A stretch of 63,509 nt of DNA, filler included. It is 10 parts of 10 records of this genome, joined end to end, with 100 filler letters (N's around TTAATTAATTAA, not from the genome) between each part and the next. Parts side by side here need not be neighbours in the genome. Positions count along the whole stretch, not along the records: positions 56,536 to 63,509 come from SRR31156797_9630; 9 more parts are not named here. One strand, written 5' to 3'. The position numbers and the translations under genes are program-made. Under the pieces are notes generated by a model. The model saw only the letters and a list, made by a program, of their open reading frames with translations. It was not told the origin of the DNA and did not search any database. Positions 59,698 through 63,509 of the stretch are shown here, piece by piece (positions within the stretch are counted from its first letter, which is position 1; each line of letters begins with the position of its first letter).

Positions 59698-61134
59698 ATG
59701 CTGACCTGGCTGTTATCTCTTGTTAACCTGGTTGTTCTGGCCATGGCGGTACTGTTCGCATATGAATCGTGGCGGGAAGGGGAGGTGAGAGCCCGGAAAA
59801 TCGGGCTGGTCGGTGCGGGGTTTCATTTTCTGCTGGGTCTGGGGATCCTTTTCCTGCCGGGGATTCGAAGCCCTCTGGCCTGGCTTTTTGGAATCCTTCT
59901 GGCTTTATCCGCCATGCTGCTCATTCCTCCCCGGAAAAGCGCCCGTTCCCTCAACGGTGCAGCGGGATACCTGGCCACTGACGGCAGCGCTTTCGTGCCA
60001 GCGGATGAACGGGACAACAGCTTTGCCCGTAATCGAGGCCTGACGCCCGGTTCGGAACAGTACCAGGCCTATTACCATCTGCATCCGGAGCGCAAGGAAC
60101 ATGACGATATGAGACGGGAGAAAGGCGGCCCCTTAGGTCGGCCCGGGTCCATCGACGGCGGATACCGGCCCAATGTATCCATGCTGGTCTCCTCCTTTGA
60201 ACTTCCCAACATGCTGGGGAGCAAAGCCCGTGTGGACCCCAATTCTGCCGGCGCTCAAAGTACCTATGCGGCCAAAGGCGAACTGCCGTCCCCCTTTTCC
60301 ATGGAACCGGAAAAAGCGACCCGCATTGTGAAAGCATGGGCCCGACATCTGGGTGCTGATCTGGTGGGCATTTGCAAAGTGGATCCCCGGTGGGCCTACA
60401 GTCACAAGGGGGAGATCCATTACGGTGAGTGGGAGGAATGGGGCAGTGCCGTACCCGAACCGCTGCCATACGCAGTGGTGGTGGCAACGGCCATGGACAG
60501 CGAAATGGTGGCCACGGCCCCCCACACCCCGGCGGTGGTGGAAAGCGGATACAATTACGCCCGTGGGGCCCATATCACCACCATCCTGAGCCAGTGGTTC
60601 GGCCGCATGGGATACCGGGCCGTGGCGGAGCATAACCGTCATTATGACCTGCTCATGGTGCCCCTGGCCGTTGATGCGGGGCTTGGAGAGCTGGGTCGGC
60701 AAGGATATCTGATCGCCGACAAATTCGGTCCCCGGGTTCGGCTCTTTGCGGTTCAGACCGACATGCCCCTTGTACCCGACCTGCCGGTGGACCTGGGCGC
60801 GGAGAAGTTCTGCGAACGCTGCCTGAAATGCGCCGAATCCTGCCCCTCCCTGTCCATCCCCCGGGAACGCCGAAAGACCATAGACAGAGGCCTTCTCCGT
60901 TGGAAACTCAATGATGACGGGTGTTTTGATTACTGGGGAAAGGTGGGAACCGACTGCTGCGTGTGTATGGCGGTCTGCCCCTTTTCAAGACCGTACCGCA
61001 GTATCCACAAGCTGGTCCGGTATCTTCTGAGGCATTCCGCCCCGGCCCGCATTCTGTTTCCCCACGTGGACAATCTTATTTACGGCCGAAAATGGAAACC
61101 CCGAAAACCGAAGGAGTGGATGGCCTATCCATGA
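59698..61134 (+). CDS. Reductive dehalogenase-like corrinoid/Fe-S protein with three N-terminal TM helices
   Basis: LGADLVGI, WAYSH, PLAVDAGLGELGRQGYLI..KFGPRVRL..V.TDMPL, FCERCLKCAESCP and C-x10-CCVCMAVCP; hydrophobic N-terminus without a twin-arginine signal; no rdhB adjacent. Confidence 0.85.
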   Translation: MLTWLLSLVNLVVLAMAVLFAYESWREGEVRARKIGLVGAGFHFLLGLGILFLPGIRSPLAWLFGILLALSAMLLIPPRKSARSLNGAAGYLATDGSAFVPADERDNSFARNRGLTPGSEQYQAYYHLHPERKEHDDMRREKGGPLGRPGSIDGGYRPNVSMLVSSFELPNMLGSKARVDPNSAGAQSTYAAKGELPSPFSMEPEKATRIVKAWARHLGADLVGICKVDPRWAYSHKGEIHYGEWEEWGSAVPEPLPYAVVVATAMDSEMVATAPHTPAVVESGYNYARGAHITTILSQWFGRMGYRAVAEHNRHYDLLMVPLAVDAGLGELGRQGYLIADKFGPRVRLFAVQTDMPLVPDLPVDLGAEKFCERCLKCAESCPSLSIPRERRKTIDRGLLRWKLNDDGCFDYWGKVGTDCCVCMAVCPFSRPYRSIHKLVRYLLRHSAPARILFPHVDNLIYGRKWKPRKPKEWMAYP

Positions 61135-61227
61135 AAAAGTGGTTGCAAATCCCTTTGAAAGATTTATTCCGCCCCATGGATTGCGTTGGGTTAAAGTGGA
61201 CCTTGGAACGTTCCTTTCATCCGCAAT

Positions 61228-62676
61228 TCAGGGAATATCCAGCATCCGTTTGACCCGTGTCATCTTTCCTTCCAGTTCCGCCTGACGCCCGATCATGATC
61301 CGCTGGGCCGCCGGGGGGCCGGCGCCGTGCATGGACTCGATCAGGTAGCCCACGGCCCCCGCGCCCGCCACCATGTTCTCGATGAGACGCAAGACCTTCA
61401 TGCGGTCCACCACATCCACATCAGGGGCGGCCGCCAGGTATTTCCGGATATAGGGCCCCGTCACCGGATCCTCCAGGTCCGCGGCCGCGGGCATGGTCCC
61501 CAGGAGCCCTCCCGCCACATCCGTTGCAAGACGGGCGATTTCGTAGGGGAATCTTGTCACGTTCAGTTTGCACACGTTGGCAAGGAGCATATTGACCAGA
61601 TAGTTCCCCGAGGGGGTGGCTTCCCCCGTGGCGGAGCAGGCGATGCCGCAGGCGAAAAGGGTCTCGTTGAGATGGATCATCTCAACGATTTTTTCCTTGA
61701 TATGGGTGGCTTTTTCCACCCCGTTCATTCGGGAGATCAGGGCCGTTGCGCCGATGAGCGCATCGCCTACGCCCACCTTGCAACCCCCGTAACTCTGACG
61801 ATGGTAGGCGGCAAACCGTTCCACCATGATCCCTGAAAAATCCACCTCCCCATTTAAGAATACCCTTTCGTGGGGCACGAAAACATCCTCGAACACGGTC
61901 ATGACCTCCTGCCCCCCGAACCGGGGGTTCCCCACATCCAGGGTATTTTTTTCCAGTTTGCGGGTATCGCTGGCCTGGCGCCCGTAAATGTAGCGTACCC
62001 CTTTGGCGTCGGTGGGCACGGCACAGCAGACGGCCCAGTCCTCTTCGCCGGGTCGCATGGTTAAAGTCGGCATGACGAGAATTTCGTGGGAGTTGAGCAT
62101 CCCCGTCTGGTGCAATTTGGCCCCGTTGATGACGATGCCTTCCTTGCGTCTTTCTGAAACCCTCAAGAAAAGATCCGGGTCCACCTGTTCCCTGGGACGC
62201 TTTCCACGATCCCCTTTGGGATCCGTCATGGCGCCGTCCACAACCAGATCCTGCTTTTGAACCCAGGCCCAGTAATCCTTGAACCGCGAATGGTATGGGG
62301 TATTGTGTTTCCGGTCGCATTCATAAGTGGTGCTGAAGATGGCGTTGGCCGCATCCATGCCCACACAGCGCTGAAAGCAGCAGGCGGTGCCGGTCCCGCA
62401 CAATCGCTGCATTCTGACCTTGTTGACCAGGTCTTCAGTCCCTTGATGAAGATGGGAGAAACGGTTTATCACATCCTTGCACAGGGAGGATTCCACGCAA
62501 AAAAGGTCCCGGGTCTCCGGGTCATGGGCTGCGTCAAAGGTGAAAGCCACCGCCCGACGTGAGGGCGTCACCAGGCCGTGTTGGTCCAGGTTCGAGGTTT
62601 CCCGACCCAGCATGTGGGCCTTGAGATCCAGGGACTTGAGGGAGCGCAGATATTCATTACCGGTCTTTAAAGCCAT
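61228..62676 (-). CDS. abfD: 4-hydroxybutyryl-CoA dehydratase (FAD/[4Fe-4S])
   Basis: CFQRCVGMDA and YHRQSYGGCKVG carry the Cys/Cys/His/Cys cluster ligands; GAMTDPKGDR, ESMHGAG; AGGAGA RBS. Confidence 0.88.
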   Translation of the reverse strand: MALKTGNEYLRSLKSLDLKAHMLGRETSNLDQHGLVTPSRRAVAFTFDAAHDPETRDLFCVESSLCKDVINRFSHLHQGTEDLVNKVRMQRLCGTGTACCFQRCVGMDAANAIFSTTYECDRKHNTPYHSRFKDYWAWVQKQDLVVDGAMTDPKGDRGKRPREQVDPDLFLRVSERRKEGIVINGAKLHQTGMLNSHEILVMPTLTMRPGEEDWAVCCAVPTDAKGVRYIYGRQASDTRKLEKNTLDVGNPRFGGQEVMTVFEDVFVPHERVFLNGEVDFSGIMVERFAAYHRQSYGGCKVGVGDALIGATALISRMNGVEKATHIKEKIVEMIHLNETLFACGIACSATGEATPSGNYLVNMLLANVCKLNVTRFPYEIARLATDVAGGLLGTMPAAADLEDPVTGPYIRKYLAAAPDVDVVDRMKVLRLIENMVAGAGAVGYLIESMHGAGPPAAQRIMIGRQAELEGKMTRVKRMLDIP

Positions 62677-62699
62677 TATTTAATCTCCTGCTACCGTGG

Positions 62700-62960
62700 G
62701 TGAGCTGTTTGAAATTCATCAACGCCGCCCATTGATTGTCTGCAGTATTCCAATGGGTATCTCTCGGTCGATAAAGCTGCGGGGATGATACAGCTGCAAA
62801 GTATTTGAAAAGGTCAATATTGTCAATGCCGAGGTGATCCAGCTCTTCCCACAGCATGGCATTGGGGCGTGTATAATCCCATCGATCCTTACCCACATCA
62901 GAAAAATACTCGGTTTGAACATCCATCCCCAGATTGTGATTTATCTGCAATTCATCCGAA
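62700..62960 (-). pseudogene. C-terminal fragment of an SGNH/AlgX-AlgJ-like protein
   Basis: DELQIN...RPNAML...LGIDNIDL...LYRPRDTHWNTADN resembles the DxHWN block; no N-terminal GDS block. Boundaries approximate. Confidence 0.5.
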
Positions 62961-63012
62961 ATAGTAACATCAATTAATGTTATGGCGCTCTTAATACAAG
63001 GGAAGTATCCCT

Positions 63013-63350
63013 TCAAGACGCATGCCTTGCACGATGAAAGGTTAAAAAACTGCTTGCAAACTCATCCTTATCAATCAAAAAATTGCATGACAAGACCGTA
63101 TAGATGAGGTCCAACCGGGTAGGATCGACGATCGCCGCCGATAGTCCCGCTTCAATGGCCATGGAAAGAAAGGCATTGTTAATGAGCGGTCTTTTAGGCA
63201 TGCCGAAACTGATATTACTGACGCCAATGGTCGACGAGAGGGACAATCCCCTTGTGACCATACGGATGGTCTCGAGGGAGACCATCGCCGATTTGGTATC
63301 GGCGCTGGCAGCCAGCGCCAAGCAGTCGATGACCACGTCCTCATTGCGTC
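63013..63350 (-). pseudogene. C-terminal fragment of a pterin-binding methyltetrahydrofolate:corrinoid methyltransferase (AcsE/MetH domain)
   Basis: EDVVIDCLAL...TIGVSNISFGMPKRPLINNAFL...GLSAAIVDP; homology stops abruptly near 63350 with no credible start codon. Confidence 0.75.
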
Positions 63351-63360
63351 GTGCGTCTCG

Positions 63361-63380
63361 TTGTGGGTCGTTGTGGGTCG
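63361..63380 (+). repeat. Perfect 10-bp tandem repeat TTGTGGGTCG x2
   Basis: Directly visible, next to the break point of the methyltransferase fragment. Confidence 0.85.
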
Positions 63381-63509
63381 GACCAAACAATAACAATATA
63401 TCATGTTGATATCATATCAGAATTTCACAAAAAGTACTCATTTTGTAGCCTTAGAACCGCATTTTCATGTCCCAAAATACCCTCGTAAGCCGCTGGGGAT
63501 TCCCGGAGT

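Noticed and set aside
58896..62320. Overlapping ORFs opposite paaK, rdhA and abfD
   Set aside because: Shadow frames with no recognisable family signature.
61228..62676. 4-hydroxyphenylacetate 3-monooxygenase (HpaB) assignment
   Set aside because: Same fold, but the Fe-S ligand motifs CFQRC and HRQSYGGC indicate the 4-hydroxybutyryl-CoA dehydratase branch.
62657..63396. ORF-track genes 62657-63016 and 63013-63396 as intact CDSs
   Set aside because: Each contains only the C-terminal part of a larger family and has a non-homologous start; treated as pseudogene fragments.
1..63509. Alternative genetic code or selenocysteine recoding
   Set aside because: Recognised genes translate full length with the standard code; no in-frame TGA interrupts a conserved domain.

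Overview
This window is not one locus. It is ten unrelated contigs joined by nine artificial 100-nt spacers (44 N + TTAATTAATTAA + 44 N), so gene-neighbourhood arguments hold only within a contig. Taxonomic labels are inferred from composition and gene content only. (1) 1-5088, Bacteroidota-like: TolC/MacB-type efflux genes and a DMT permease. (2) 5189-12772: envelope-modification cluster (B12 radical SAM, GT2, GT-C-like, methyltransferase) and a VKOR-thioredoxin fusion. (3) 12873-19065, Desulfobacterota-like: cydAB, DUF2892, rubredoxin, ferritin-like, iorAB. (4) 19166-26131, low-GC Fusobacteriota/Firmicutes-like: cysD, cysNC, a diguanylate cyclase, a thymidine kinase-dethiobiotin synthase fusion, TruA-KH, HD protein. 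(5) 26232-31932, Bacteroidota: susC, fecR, ECF sigma, DHDPS-family aldolase, NrtR regulator with two operators, GH2. (6) 32033-39305, high GC: RND pump, sbcB, and a cfa/DUF1365/flavoprotein trio. (7) 39406-45604: CapA, GT-C membrane protein, aryl-polyene/flexirubin-type fatty-acid synthase genes. (8) 45705-50815, low GC: Fe-S/flavoprotein pair, moeA, mobA-mobB fusion, TDT transporter. (9) 50916-56435: four-PBP-domain diguanylate cyclase, RAYT transposase remnant, candidate sRNA, yaaA. (10) 56536-63509, Desulfobacterota-like: ALDH tail, MtaA/URO-D methyltransferase, DUF2080, aryl-CoA ligase, membrane-anchored reductive dehalogenase-like protein, abfD, and a mosaic of gene fragments at a possible integration site. 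The best novelty candidates are the contig-10 corrinoid/aromatic/dehalogenase cluster and the Tdk-BioD fusion. No CRISPR array, rRNA or complete tRNA was seen.
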